Positions 46,996 through 54,676 of a DNA stretch of 64,000 nt are shown here, in pieces. The translations under genes and the position numbers were made by a program. Source of the stretch: an uncultured Fibrobacterota bacterium (lineage in GTDB: Bacteria > Fibrobacterota > Chitinivibrionia > Chitinivibrionales > FEN-1185); the NCBI GenBank assembly GCA_963753345.1, contig CAVWBU010000015.1, forward strand, positions 50,337 through 114,336, read 5' to 3'. Position 1 is the first letter of the stretch. Each line of letters starts with the position of its first letter. A model generated the notes under the pieces. That model ran no database searches, was not told the origin of the DNA, and was given only the letters and a program-made list of their open reading frames with translations.

Positions 46996-48408
46996 GTGAT
47001 ATCCATGAGCACCCTCATCGACGGCATGGGCGAACAGTGCGGCATCTTCGGGATTTTCAACAGCCACGAAGCAGCGGAACTGACCTACCTCGGCCTGTAC
47101 GCGCTCCAGCACCGCGGCCAGGAAAGTTCCGGCATCGCGGTGTCGAACCAGACCACCGTCACTATGTACAAGGCAATGGGCCTGGTGAACCAGGTTTTCA
47201 AGCATCAGAGTTCGATTGACAATCTCAAAGGATCGAGCGCCATCGGCCACAACCGGTACTCCACCACGGGATCGTCCGATCTCGCCAACGCCCAGCCGAT
47301 TCTCGTCAACTGCCGCATGGGCCAGATAGCGGCCGCCCACAACGGCAACCTTACCAACACCGCGGCGCTCCGCACCGAAATGGAGAACGACGGTTCAATT
47401 TTCTCCTCGACGACCGACACCGAGGTAATCGTGCACCTCATCGCGCGGTCGAAGCGCGAAACCGTGGACGCCATGATCCTTGACGCGCTCTCGCGCGTCA
47501 AGGGGGCGTATTCCATTTTGTTCCTTACCAAGGACGCGCTGTACGGCGCGCGCGACCCGCGGGGCTTTAGGCCGCTCATCCTTGGAAGGACAGGCGACAT
47601 TTCGTTCCTGTCGTCGGAGACCTGCGCGTTCGACCTGGTGGGAGCGTCGATCGAGCGCGAGGTGAAGCCGGGTGAGATGGTGCGTATTGACAAGAACGGA
47701 ATCCAGAGCTTTTCCATCCCCGTGTTCGAACGCATCAAGCGTCCGTCGTACTGCATCTTCGAATACATTTACTTTTCGCGCCCCGATTCGTTCGTGTTCG
47801 GTGAAAACGTGGACAAGATACGGCGGAGGCTCGGCCGCCAACTCGCCAAGGAGCACCCAGTCAAGAGCGCGGACTTCGTGATGGGCGTTCCCGACTCGGC
47901 GACAACGGCCGCGCTCGGGTTCGCGCAGGAGAGCGATCTCAGGTTCGACATCGGGCTCATCCGCAACCACTATGTGGGCAGGACCTTCATCCAGCCCGTC
48001 CAGGCGGGAAGGGACCTCGGGGTACGCATCAAGTTCAATCCTGTCAAGGGCGTTCTCAAGGGCAAGAAAGTTGTCGTTGTCGACGATTCCATTGTGCGCG
48101 GCACCACCATGCGGAAGATTGTGCAGCTCCTTCGCACGGCGGAACCTGCCGAGATCCACCTCCGCATTTCGTCGCCGCCCATTGTGAGCCCGTGCTTCTA
48201 CGGCATCGACATGCCCACCAAGAAGGAACTCATCGCCTCGGAGAAAACGGTCGAGGAAATCCGTAAGTACCTCGAGGTGGATTCGCTCGGCTACCTTTCC
48301 ATAGACGGCCTGCTATCGGTTGTCAACGAACCGCGCTCGAATTTCTGCGCCGCGTGCTTTACGGGGGAATATCCGGTTGAGGTTTCCGGCGAGAAAGGTC
48401 ACTGCTAA
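46996..48408 (+). CDS. purF: Amidophosphoribosyltransferase
   Basis: 470 aa. N-terminal propeptide, then CGIFGIF (the Ntn Cys). PRTase motif VVVVDDSIVRGTT. C-terminal Cys ligands. The start could be the GTG at 46996 or the ATG at 47005. Confidence 0.95.
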   Translation: MISMSTLIDGMGEQCGIFGIFNSHEAAELTYLGLYALQHRGQESSGIAVSNQTTVTMYKAMGLVNQVFKHQSSIDNLKGSSAIGHNRYSTTGSSDLANAQPILVNCRMGQIAAAHNGNLTNTAALRTEMENDGSIFSSTTDTEVIVHLIARSKRETVDAMILDALSRVKGAYSILFLTKDALYGARDPRGFRPLILGRTGDISFLSSETCAFDLVGASIEREVKPGEMVRIDKNGIQSFSIPVFERIKRPSYCIFEYIYFSRPDSFVFGENVDKIRRRLGRQLAKEHPVKSADFVMGVPDSATTAALGFAQESDLRFDIGLIRNHYVGRTFIQPVQAGRDLGVRIKFNPVKGVLKGKKVVVVDDSIVRGTTMRKIVQLLRTAEPAEIHLRISSPPIVSPCFYGIDMPTKKELIASEKTVEEIRKYLEVDSLGYLSIDGLLSVVNEPRSNFCAACFTGEYPVEVSGEKGHC

Positions 48409-48422
48409 TTTCAGGAGTGTTT

Positions 48423-48581
48423 TTTGTGGGGGAAGGTTCCCCCTCGCTCCGGCCCGTCGCTCCGTCAAATCTCTGCTCGTTGGTCCTTACGCGCCGGTCC
48501 TCCGCTACCCCCTCCTGGGTAGCCGCCTTGACAAAGCAGCTGCGAGATCAAACATTGTTGTGGCGGCACCCACGAAGAGCA
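48423..48581 (+). repeat. Family-B structured intergenic repeat (subtype B1, GCCGCC/GGCGGC variant)
   Basis: TTTGTGGGGGAAGGTTCCCCCTCGCTCCGGCCC....CCGGTCCTCCGCTACCCCCTCCTGGGTAGCCGCCTTGACAAAGCAGCTGCGAGATCAAACATTGTTGTGGCGGCACCCACGAAGAGCA. It starts 15 nt after the purF stop codon. Confidence 0.88.
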
Positions 48582-48591
48582 ATGGTAAAAG

Positions 48592-48630
48592 AGTTGAGAA
48601 GTTGAGTAGTTGATAACTGGTAGTTGATTG
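48592..48630 (+). repeat. Degenerate GTTGANNN tract
   Basis: GTTGAGAA GTTGAGTA GTTGATAA CTGGTA GTTGATTG. Confidence 0.6.
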
Positions 48631-48647
48631 ATCTCTTGGGTATTTCG

Positions 48648-48848
48648 ATTGGCGTGAGAAGAAGTGGTTGACTGACAAGACTCCTTCTGCCGCGCGTTAG
48701 GCAGGACTGGAGGTCCCGCTAGAGCGGGATGCCGCCCGGACCCGGCCGCTACTGCGGCATAGGGCCGAGGCGGCCCGAGGCCGAAGGCCGAGACCGGAAG
48801 GACGGCCGACCGGAGCCTGCGTCTTGACGAAGGCTCGGGAAACGCCCA
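48648..48848 (+). repeat. Family-A structured intergenic repeat (type II, full length)
   Basis: ATTGGCGTGAGAAGAAGTGGTTGACTGACAAGACTCCTTCTGCCGCGCGTTAGGCAGGACTGGAGGTCCCGC-TAGA-GCGGGATGCCGCCCGGACCCGGCCGC-TACT-GCGGCATAGGGCCGAGGCGGCCCGAGGCCGAAGGCCGAGACCGGAAGGACGGCCGACCGGAGCCT..AGGCTCGGGAAACGCCCA. It ends 15 nt from the stop codon of the convergent ychF-like gene. Confidence 0.9.
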
Positions 48849-48863
48849 CCTTGATGATTTGAA

Positions 48864-49934
48864 CTAGACATTGAAACGAATCGACAAAATATCGCCGTCC
48901 TTGACAATGTATTCCTTGCCCTCCATCCTGAATTTCCCCGCGTCCTTGACGCCCTGTTCCGATCCCGCGGCAACGAGATCGTCGTAGGAGAAGCACTCTG
49001 CGCGGATGAAGCCGCGCGCAAGGTCGGTATGGATGGCGGCGGCGGCCTCGACCGCGGTGACGCCCCGCACGATCTCCCAGGCGCGCACCTCGTCTTCCCC
49101 AACGGTAAAGAAGCTTATATATCCGAGCGTCTCGTACGCGACAAGCGTGAGCCGGTCGGCCGCAGATTCACCGATTCCCATGTCGTCCATGAATGCCTGA
49201 ATCTCCGCGGCATCGGTAAGCCGCGAGAGTTCCATCTCGAAATTCCCCGCGCATTCGATGATCTTGTAGCGGCCGGCCAGCTCCTTGACCAGCGCCGGGT
49301 CCTTCTTGAACCGGTCTTCACTGGAGTTGACGATAAGGAAGAGCGGCTTCTGGGTAAGGAGCTGGAAACCGCGGAGCATTTTCTTCTCGTCGGCCGAGAA
49401 TTCGAGCGTGCGGATAGGCTGCATGGCGGTAAGCGCTTCCATAATTCTTTTAAGCAGCTTTTCCTCGGAGGCCAATGCCGGCGTCATGCCGCCCTTTGCG
49501 GATGCGGCTATCTTTGCTATCCGGTTTTCCGCGATGATCTGGTCCGACAGCAAGAGCTCCTCCTCGATGGCCTGCAGGTCGGCCGCAGGCGAGGGGGCGA
49601 TGGAAGGATCGGGCGCAAAATTCCTGAGAACAACCGCAAGGCTGTCCATGGTTTTTACAAGGCGCATAAGGTCCGGAGCGAACAGCTCCTGTTTCTTCGA
49701 CTCGTCACGTTCCACGCCCACGAAATCGACCAGCTCGATTCTGGCGTACACGGTTTTTTTCGGATTGTACATCCGCGAAAGCTTGGTGATCCGCTCGTCG
49801 CGCACGTCAACAACAGCGACGTTCGGTTCAGCTTTCGCCGCGGCGTAGGCCGAGACAAGCGCCTGGGATTTCGACAGCGCGTTGAAAATGGTGGTGGTGC
49901 CGGATTTTGGAAGACCGATAAGGCCGATTTTCAA
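48864..49934 (-). CDS. ychF: YchF/Obg-like ATPase with TGS-like C-terminus; Walker A lysine replaced
   Basis: 356 aa with a TTG start. The C-terminus GFIRAECFSYDDLV..GSEQGVKDAGKFRMEGKEYIVKDGDILSIRFNV is YchF-like. The P-loop reads GLPKSGTT where YchF has GLPNVGKS. Confidence 0.8.
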   Translation of the reverse strand: MKIGLIGLPKSGTTTIFNALSKSQALVSAYAAAKAEPNVAVVDVRDERITKLSRMYNPKKTVYARIELVDFVGVERDESKKQELFAPDLMRLVKTMDSLAVVLRNFAPDPSIAPSPAADLQAIEEELLLSDQIIAENRIAKIAASAKGGMTPALASEEKLLKRIMEALTAMQPIRTLEFSADEKKMLRGFQLLTQKPLFLIVNSSEDRFKKDPALVKELAGRYKIIECAGNFEMELSRLTDAAEIQAFMDDMGIGESAADRLTLVAYETLGYISFFTVGEDEVRAWEIVRGVTAVEAAAAIHTDLARGFIRAECFSYDDLVAAGSEQGVKDAGKFRMEGKEYIVKDGDILSIRFNV

Positions 49935-50172
49935 GCAGGGCTCCTTTGAGAATGAGAATAAGGGGAGGATGAAAATAGAAGATGCGGAAGAAAGGCAGGG
50001 GAGGAGAAACGGGGGAAGAGATCCGCGTGGGCTGAGTGGATAGTATGCCGATGGGTTTTACGGTGATGTGCGGGGAGGATTTAGTGCCAACGTGTGCCGC
50101 ACTGCCCGCCGTGCCCGCCTATAATCTCGCCACCCCACGGAAGCCACGACGGAGTCTTCGACACGGCTGGCT

Positions 50173-50201
50173 GACATGACGGGTGTCGAAACCGTCATGT
50201 C
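50173..50201. other. Perfect 10-bp stem hairpin in the ychF upstream spacer
   Basis: GACATGACGG-gtgtcgaaa-CCGTCATGTC. No flanking T-run. Function unknown. Confidence 0.5.
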
Positions 50202-50312
50202 AAGCGGGCATGGCGCGGCTGCGTGAGTTGGTGGCCCGTGTATGTGGCATTTGTTTCTTGGCGCGCGTCAAATTTTGTCTTTTCAATAAAACTTTGCAAA
50301 ATATAGCAATAT

Positions 50313-50747
50313 TTAGTGCTTCTTGTGCAATGTTATTGTAGGTAAAACCCATTCTCCTTTGGCATTTTGTTTTAACGATTGAAGCTGTGCGTTGGAGAGG
50401 CTGTCGTAGTATGTTGTAATGCTATCTCCCTTTATCAGAATCCTTAATGGACCACACTCCCATTGCTCTACCTTGTCGTTTATGCAGTGGGACATCGTGA
50501 CTCCGCCAGCTCCGAAATTGCCAATTGAATCTGGGTGAGACGGCTGCATCCCTGCAACATCTTGCGGAGTAAGATAGAAATCAAGATTACTGGAATAAAC
50601 GGAAAGACTTGGGTAGAAAATAGCTCCGCTATCAACGGCCAAGGAACCCCTATAAGCTATGAGTTCGCTAGATGTATCCCAGCAACACGAAAAGAAACTA
50701 AAGGGAAGAAACATAAGAAAGAGGCCGGAAAAGTTACTTCTGTACAT
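50313..50747 (-). CDS. Small hypothetical secreted/lipoprotein-like protein in the AT-rich islet
   Basis: 144 aa from MYRSNFSGLFLMFLPFSFFSCCWD (hydrophobic leader with Cys). AT-rich codon usage unlike neighbouring genes. No recognisable family. Confidence 0.4.
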   Translation of the reverse strand: MYRSNFSGLFLMFLPFSFFSCCWDTSSELIAYRGSLAVDSGAIFYPSLSVYSSNLDFYLTPQDVAGMQPSHPDSIGNFGAGGVTMSHCINDKVEQWECGPLRILIKGDSITTYYDSLSNAQLQSLKQNAKGEWVLPTITLHKKH

Positions 50748-51306
50748 TATTGCCCCATTGTTTGAAATATCCGAAGTCAAGGATAAGTCCAATTGTTAAC
50801 CCAGATTGATAAGGCTCCGTAAAACCAGTTGTGAATATTTCGAAAAATTCTCCGATTGCCATAAATGGAAGGGGCGAAAACATGATATTGTCCCCAATCT
50901 TATAAACAGCCGAAGTCTTATTGAGTTCCAAATATCTATTGCTTTCAAGCCAAACACCTCGGTAAATACTATGGGCTATTCCGATACCGCCATAAACATC
51001 GAGCATGAACTTCCACCATTTCCATAATCTGCCATAACATGGCACCAATTCGTCATACAATTGGGTAGGCGTTACCGATACTTTGTGAAATGTATATGTC
51101 TCATCGGCGTGGGAATAAATGATCTTGATCAAATGTTTATGAATTGTACCGTTGAGTTCGAAAGAGAATCCTGTCATTGAACTGTCTTCCAGCAAGAGCA
51201 TTTCCGAAACCTTGGAAGAAACCCAAATTGATGAAAAATCTTCGGAGGAATTGCATATGGAAATCAACGAAAAGACAAAGATCAGAAATTCAATCATTAC
51301 TTTCAT
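50734..51306 (-). CDS. Small hypothetical secreted/lipoprotein-like protein in the AT-rich islet
   Basis: 190 aa from MKVMIEFLIFVFSLISICNSS (hydrophobic leader with Cys). Its end overlaps the start of the downstream ORF by 14 nt. No recognisable family. Confidence 0.4.
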   Translation of the reverse strand: MKVMIEFLIFVFSLISICNSSEDFSSIWVSSKVSEMLLLEDSSMTGFSFELNGTIHKHLIKIIYSHADETYTFHKVSVTPTQLYDELVPCYGRLWKWWKFMLDVYGGIGIAHSIYRGVWLESNRYLELNKTSAVYKIGDNIMFSPLPFMAIGEFFEIFTTGFTEPYQSGLTIGLILDFGYFKQWGNNVQK

Positions 51307-51577
51307 TGAAATGACCTTGACATGCGCAAACAAAGATTTCTAATAACTGTGAAAATCAGCGCGCGTCTCTTCAATGCCACAAACATGGACACCAACTACA
51401 GGTATGTCGCGATTCCACATTCCACCCAAAATGGCTTCTTATCCTACTTATCGCCGATGGCAGTCATACAGTTGATAACAAAACAATTCATGCGTTCCCT
51501 GGAAGCAAGGACAATTGCAAAAGCGGACCCAGCGAAGAAAGTGACAAAGACATGAAGTAAGTAAGTGCATGGTGCCA

Positions 51578-51737
51578 CCACTCTTCGTGGGTGCCGCCTC
51601 AGCGATGTATGGTCTCGCAGCTGCTTTGCCAAGGCGGCTACCCAGGAGGGGGTAGCGGAGGACCGGCGCGTAAGAACCAACGAGCAGCGATTTGAGGGAG
51701 CGATGGGCCGGAGCGAGGGGGAGCCATCCCCCGACGA
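51578..51737 (-). repeat. Family-B structured intergenic repeat (subtype B1, GCCGCC/GGCGGC variant)
   Basis: The minus strand reads GTCGGGGGATGGCTCCCCCTCGCTCCGGCCC...CCGGTCCTCCGCTACCCCCTCCTGGGTAGCCGCCTTGGCAAAGCAGCTGCGAGACCATACATCGCTGAGGCGGCACCCACGAAGAG. It is the closest relative of the 48423 copy. Confidence 0.85.
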
Positions 51738-51840
51738 ACCTGTTTTTCTTTGATCAAACTCCGCTCTTTTCCCGTCCACCCCCTTTCCCATTCCAACCGC
51801 GCATGGCTTCTTGTATTTTCATAGTGAGGAACCACGCCCA

Positions 51841-53139
51841 ATGCAATCGCCCTTTCCCTTCCGACAACGTCTGTTTCGCAATGGTGCGGGACTTTTACCG
51901 GCCCTCTGGTTTGTGCTGCTTGTTCCACGTCTGCTCTCAGCCGAGCCCATCGTGCTCACCGGCAAAATGGTCCCTGCGCTGCTCGGTAAAACCATCGCGG
52001 GCCTGCGCGTGACCGGTCGCGCGGGCGCCTGCATCCCTTTCCAGATCGACCAGGTCGTCAACGATGATTACGTGTGTCCGTCGGGCAAGGAGCCCAACAC
52101 GGGCAGCGGCATTCTTGACACGTGCGACGAGATAGTGTTCCTGTGGGATGACGCGGACACTGTCGAGCCCAAGGGCCCGGCGGGGACGGGGAGCGGGGTC
52201 TGGGTCAGAATCAGCCACGGTATTGAATCGCGCTACGTGTGTCTCGTCGACAACGCGGCACTTCCGCGCTCCACGGTGTCGTACATCGACTACGACGACG
52301 CCGCGCAGCTCGTGACAACGCCCTACTACTATGCGACGTTCGGCCGCAACCGGTTCCATTTCACGCGCGCGGGCGTCATGGACTTTGCCAGCGACAAGTT
52401 CGTCAACGTCACCAACGAGCTGCGCATCAAGATCTTTCTGCGGGCGCTGTGGGGCCTTTTGCCCATCAGCTACACCGAAAACAGCATGGTCTGTTTTGTA
52501 AAGCGCTACAAGGCCGGCCCGATCCGGCTCATCAGGCGCGGCGATTTTCACCTCAACCTCGGATTGTTCATTCAGGGGAGCAGGGCGGCGGTGAACCAGA
52601 TCTGCTACCCGCAGCTGGTGAGGGTGCCCGTGTACGTCAATCTGCCGTTCCGGTTTAAAACGCTTTTTTCCGAAGCCTACATAGAAATGACCCCGGTGAT
52701 CCGGCAGGAGGCCGACGATTTTTCATTCCGCGTGACGAGCCACGGCTTGTGTTTTCCAATGGGCCGTAACCAGCACATCGATACGCTGGTTGCCCTCAAT
52801 CCCAACCGCACCTGCATGATCATGAGCAATGCCACCCTCGGCTACGGCTGGCTGCTCGACGCGGCCATGGCCCCAGAGTTGATTTCCGGCAGCGGGTACT
52901 GTATAAAGATCCCGTCGGATCGGGATGGCGCAGGACAATGCGGGTTCAGACTCGGAGTGCGCGACCTGCCCAAGGGGTATTATCTCATCGGAAACTGGGT
53001 TCTGTTCTCAAAGGACGGAGCGGCAGGTCTGCCGGACGCGTGCGACCGTCTTTCCAATATGGCAGCGGTTGCGGTCGAGGGAAACCCCGCGCAGATGAAC
53101 AACCAGCTCGACAGGGTTTTTGCATTCCACAAGAAATAG
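51841..53139 (+). CDS. Secreted protein of unknown function
   Basis: 432 aa from MQSPFPF. Signal peptide (LLPALWFVLLVPRLLSAEP). No family recognised by eye. Confidence 0.5.
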   Translation: MQSPFPFRQRLFRNGAGLLPALWFVLLVPRLLSAEPIVLTGKMVPALLGKTIAGLRVTGRAGACIPFQIDQVVNDDYVCPSGKEPNTGSGILDTCDEIVFLWDDADTVEPKGPAGTGSGVWVRISHGIESRYVCLVDNAALPRSTVSYIDYDDAAQLVTTPYYYATFGRNRFHFTRAGVMDFASDKFVNVTNELRIKIFLRALWGLLPISYTENSMVCFVKRYKAGPIRLIRRGDFHLNLGLFIQGSRAAVNQICYPQLVRVPVYVNLPFRFKTLFSEAYIEMTPVIRQEADDFSFRVTSHGLCFPMGRNQHIDTLVALNPNRTCMIMSNATLGYGWLLDAAMAPELISGSGYCIKIPSDRDGAGQCGFRLGVRDLPKGYYLIGNWVLFSKDGAAGLPDACDRLSNMAAVAVEGNPAQMNNQLDRVFAFHKK

Positions 53140-53155
53140 CGGCGGGTCCACGGGC

Positions 53156-54115
53156 ATGAAGAAGAAAAAGACGAGGGTCGTGGACTGGGATCGGTTTTCG
53201 CTTGCGCAACTGTGCAAACGGATCATCTCCCTCGATGTTCCGTTTGGTGAGCTTGCGGAATCCCTGCAAAACAAGACGTATGCCCTGTGCGTGGAAGGAA
53301 AATGCAGGAGCGCAACGCGCGAACTTGGCCGCATGGTTGAATTCTTCGAGACCAGGCAGGGCAAGAGCGAGGATGAGCGCCGTGATCTGGCGGACATCTG
53401 CATTCTGATTGGCGAAGTGAACCAGTATATCGGAGCGTTCAAACAGAGCATCAAATGGTTCTGGAGGGCGGCTGCGGCGTTCGGAGGCTATGCCATGCCC
53501 TTCCATAACCTTGCCACGTCGTTTATGGAGCTCGGCGACATCAAAAACGCGATTGCAAGCCTCGAACGGGAAACAGCGCTCGAACCGGGAAATTATTTTT
53601 CCCGGTTGCGGCTCGCCGATTTGTACGAACGCAGGGGCGAGGCGAATAAAGTCGAAAAGTGCCTCGAAAGCCTGCTTCAGCGAAACCCGGACAACATCCA
53701 GGCGCTTCACAGGCTCATTTCGCATTACGAACAACAGAAACCGGCAATAAACGTGAAGCTCCTCAGGCGCCGGCTCCTGTCGGTGAGCAGGAAGTTCAGC
53801 GAGATGGAAATGGTGATCGTGGTCTACCACCTGTGCAGGGAAGAACAGTTTGACAAGGCCCTGCGTTTCCTTGACGTCAAGCTGGGCGAGAATCCGGCAA
53901 TGACCATGCTGTACCTTCTCAAGGCGCACGTGTTCGGGCGGTTGCACCGGTTCTCCATGAAACGCCGGGAGCTGGCCCAGTTTAAACGCCGCTGCTGGGG
54001 AAAACCCGAGTACATGCAGAGCAAACTTGACGAATTCGAACACGTGTTCGGGAAAAAGGCGGTGGAAAATCTGGGGAAGATATTGATGGTGACAAATCCG
54101 AATATAAATAACTAA
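53156..54115 (+). CDS. TPR-repeat protein
   Basis: 319 aa from MKKKKTRV. TPR-like repeats (AIASLERETALEPGNYFSRLRLADLYERRGEANKVEKCLESLLQRNPDN..). Confidence 0.62.
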   Translation: MKKKKTRVVDWDRFSLAQLCKRIISLDVPFGELAESLQNKTYALCVEGKCRSATRELGRMVEFFETRQGKSEDERRDLADICILIGEVNQYIGAFKQSIKWFWRAAAAFGGYAMPFHNLATSFMELGDIKNAIASLERETALEPGNYFSRLRLADLYERRGEANKVEKCLESLLQRNPDNIQALHRLISHYEQQKPAINVKLLRRRLLSVSRKFSEMEMVIVVYHLCREEQFDKALRFLDVKLGENPAMTMLYLLKAHVFGRLHRFSMKRRELAQFKRRCWGKPEYMQSKLDEFEHVFGKKAVENLGKILMVTNPNINN

Positions 54116-54127
54116 ACAATTAGTTTT

Positions 54128-54291
54128 CTTAGTGGGGGAGGTATCCCCCTCGCTCCGGTCCGGTCGCGCTGTTTGTAAATCACCATCCAGAATGTGCGCG
54201 CCCGGTCCTCCGCTACCCCCCTCCTGGGTGGCCCCCAAGTAAGTTTGTTTGCAAGAAAGTTGCTTCGGTTGGGGGGCACCCACGGAGAGCA
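54128..54291 (+). repeat. Family-B structured intergenic repeat (subtype B2)
   Basis: TCTTAGTGGGGGAGGTATCCCCCTCGCTCCGGTCC....CCGGTCCTCCGCTACCCCCCTCCTGGGTGGCCCCCAAGTAAGTTTGTTTGCAAGAAAGTTGCTTCGGTTGGGGGGCACCCACGGAGAGCA. It starts about 13 nt after the stop codon of the TPR gene. Confidence 0.88.
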
Positions 54292-54325
54292 GTTGAAAAG
54301 AAAAAGCGTTGAAAAGTTGGAAAGC
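54292..54325 (+). repeat. Degenerate GTTGAAAA tract
   Basis: GTTGAAAA GAAAAAGC GTTGAAAA GTTGGAAAGCC. Confidence 0.6.
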
Positions 54326-54357
54326 CAATGCCCGAAAACAGGACATGGGAAACCAAG

Positions 54358-54386
54358 TGTCATTGCGAGCGCAGCGAAGCAATCAC
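54358..54386. repeat. GTCATTGCGAGC-type short palindromic repeat (family D)
   Basis: GTCATTGCGAGCGCAGCGAAGCAATCAC, with ATTGC/GCAAT arms. It is inserted between the octamer tract and the A copy. Confidence 0.55.
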
Positions 54387-54435
54387 CCTACAACTTTTAC
54401 CTAAAAGAACCTTGTCTGATTTGCTGCGCATGCCG

Positions 54436-54650
54436 ATTGGCGCAATAAATATGAATTGACAGAATAGATTCCCTCTGCCGCGCGCTAGGGGCGACTGGAG
54501 GTCCCGCCATAGCGGGATGCCGCCCGGGCCCGCCGCTGCTGCGGCATAGGGCCGGGGCGGGCCCGAGGCCGCAGGCCGACGACCCTTGGAAGCACCCGAA
54601 GGGGTGGACCGGAAGGAGAACCGACCCCGCAAAGCGGGGGAACGCCCAAT
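54436..54650 (+). repeat. Family-A structured intergenic repeat (type II, full length with extra internal hairpin)
   Basis: ATTGGCGCAATAAATATGAATTGACAGAATAGATTCCCTCTGCCGCGCGCTAGGGGCGACTGGAGGTCCCGC-CATA-GCGGGATGCCGCCCGGGCCCGCCGC-TGCT-GCGGCATAGGGCCGGGGCGGGCCCGAGGCCGCAGGCCGACGACCCTTGGAAGCACCCGAAGGGGTGGACCGGAAGGAGAACCGACCCCGC-AAA-GCGGGGGAACGCCCAAT. It ends 26 nt before the gltX ATG. Confidence 0.9.
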
Positions 54651-54676
54651 TCTTATAACTAAAAGAAACCAAAATA

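Noticed and set aside
48690-48710. Integron attC sites. The A 5' part contains GCGTTAGGC / GCGTTAGGT, which matches the integron core-site consensus GTTRRRY.
   Set aside because: I found no matching inverse core (RYYYAAC) at the other end of the same element and no intI integrase or attI. The genes between copies are core housekeeping genes (carB, pyrG, purF, gltX), not promoterless cassettes.
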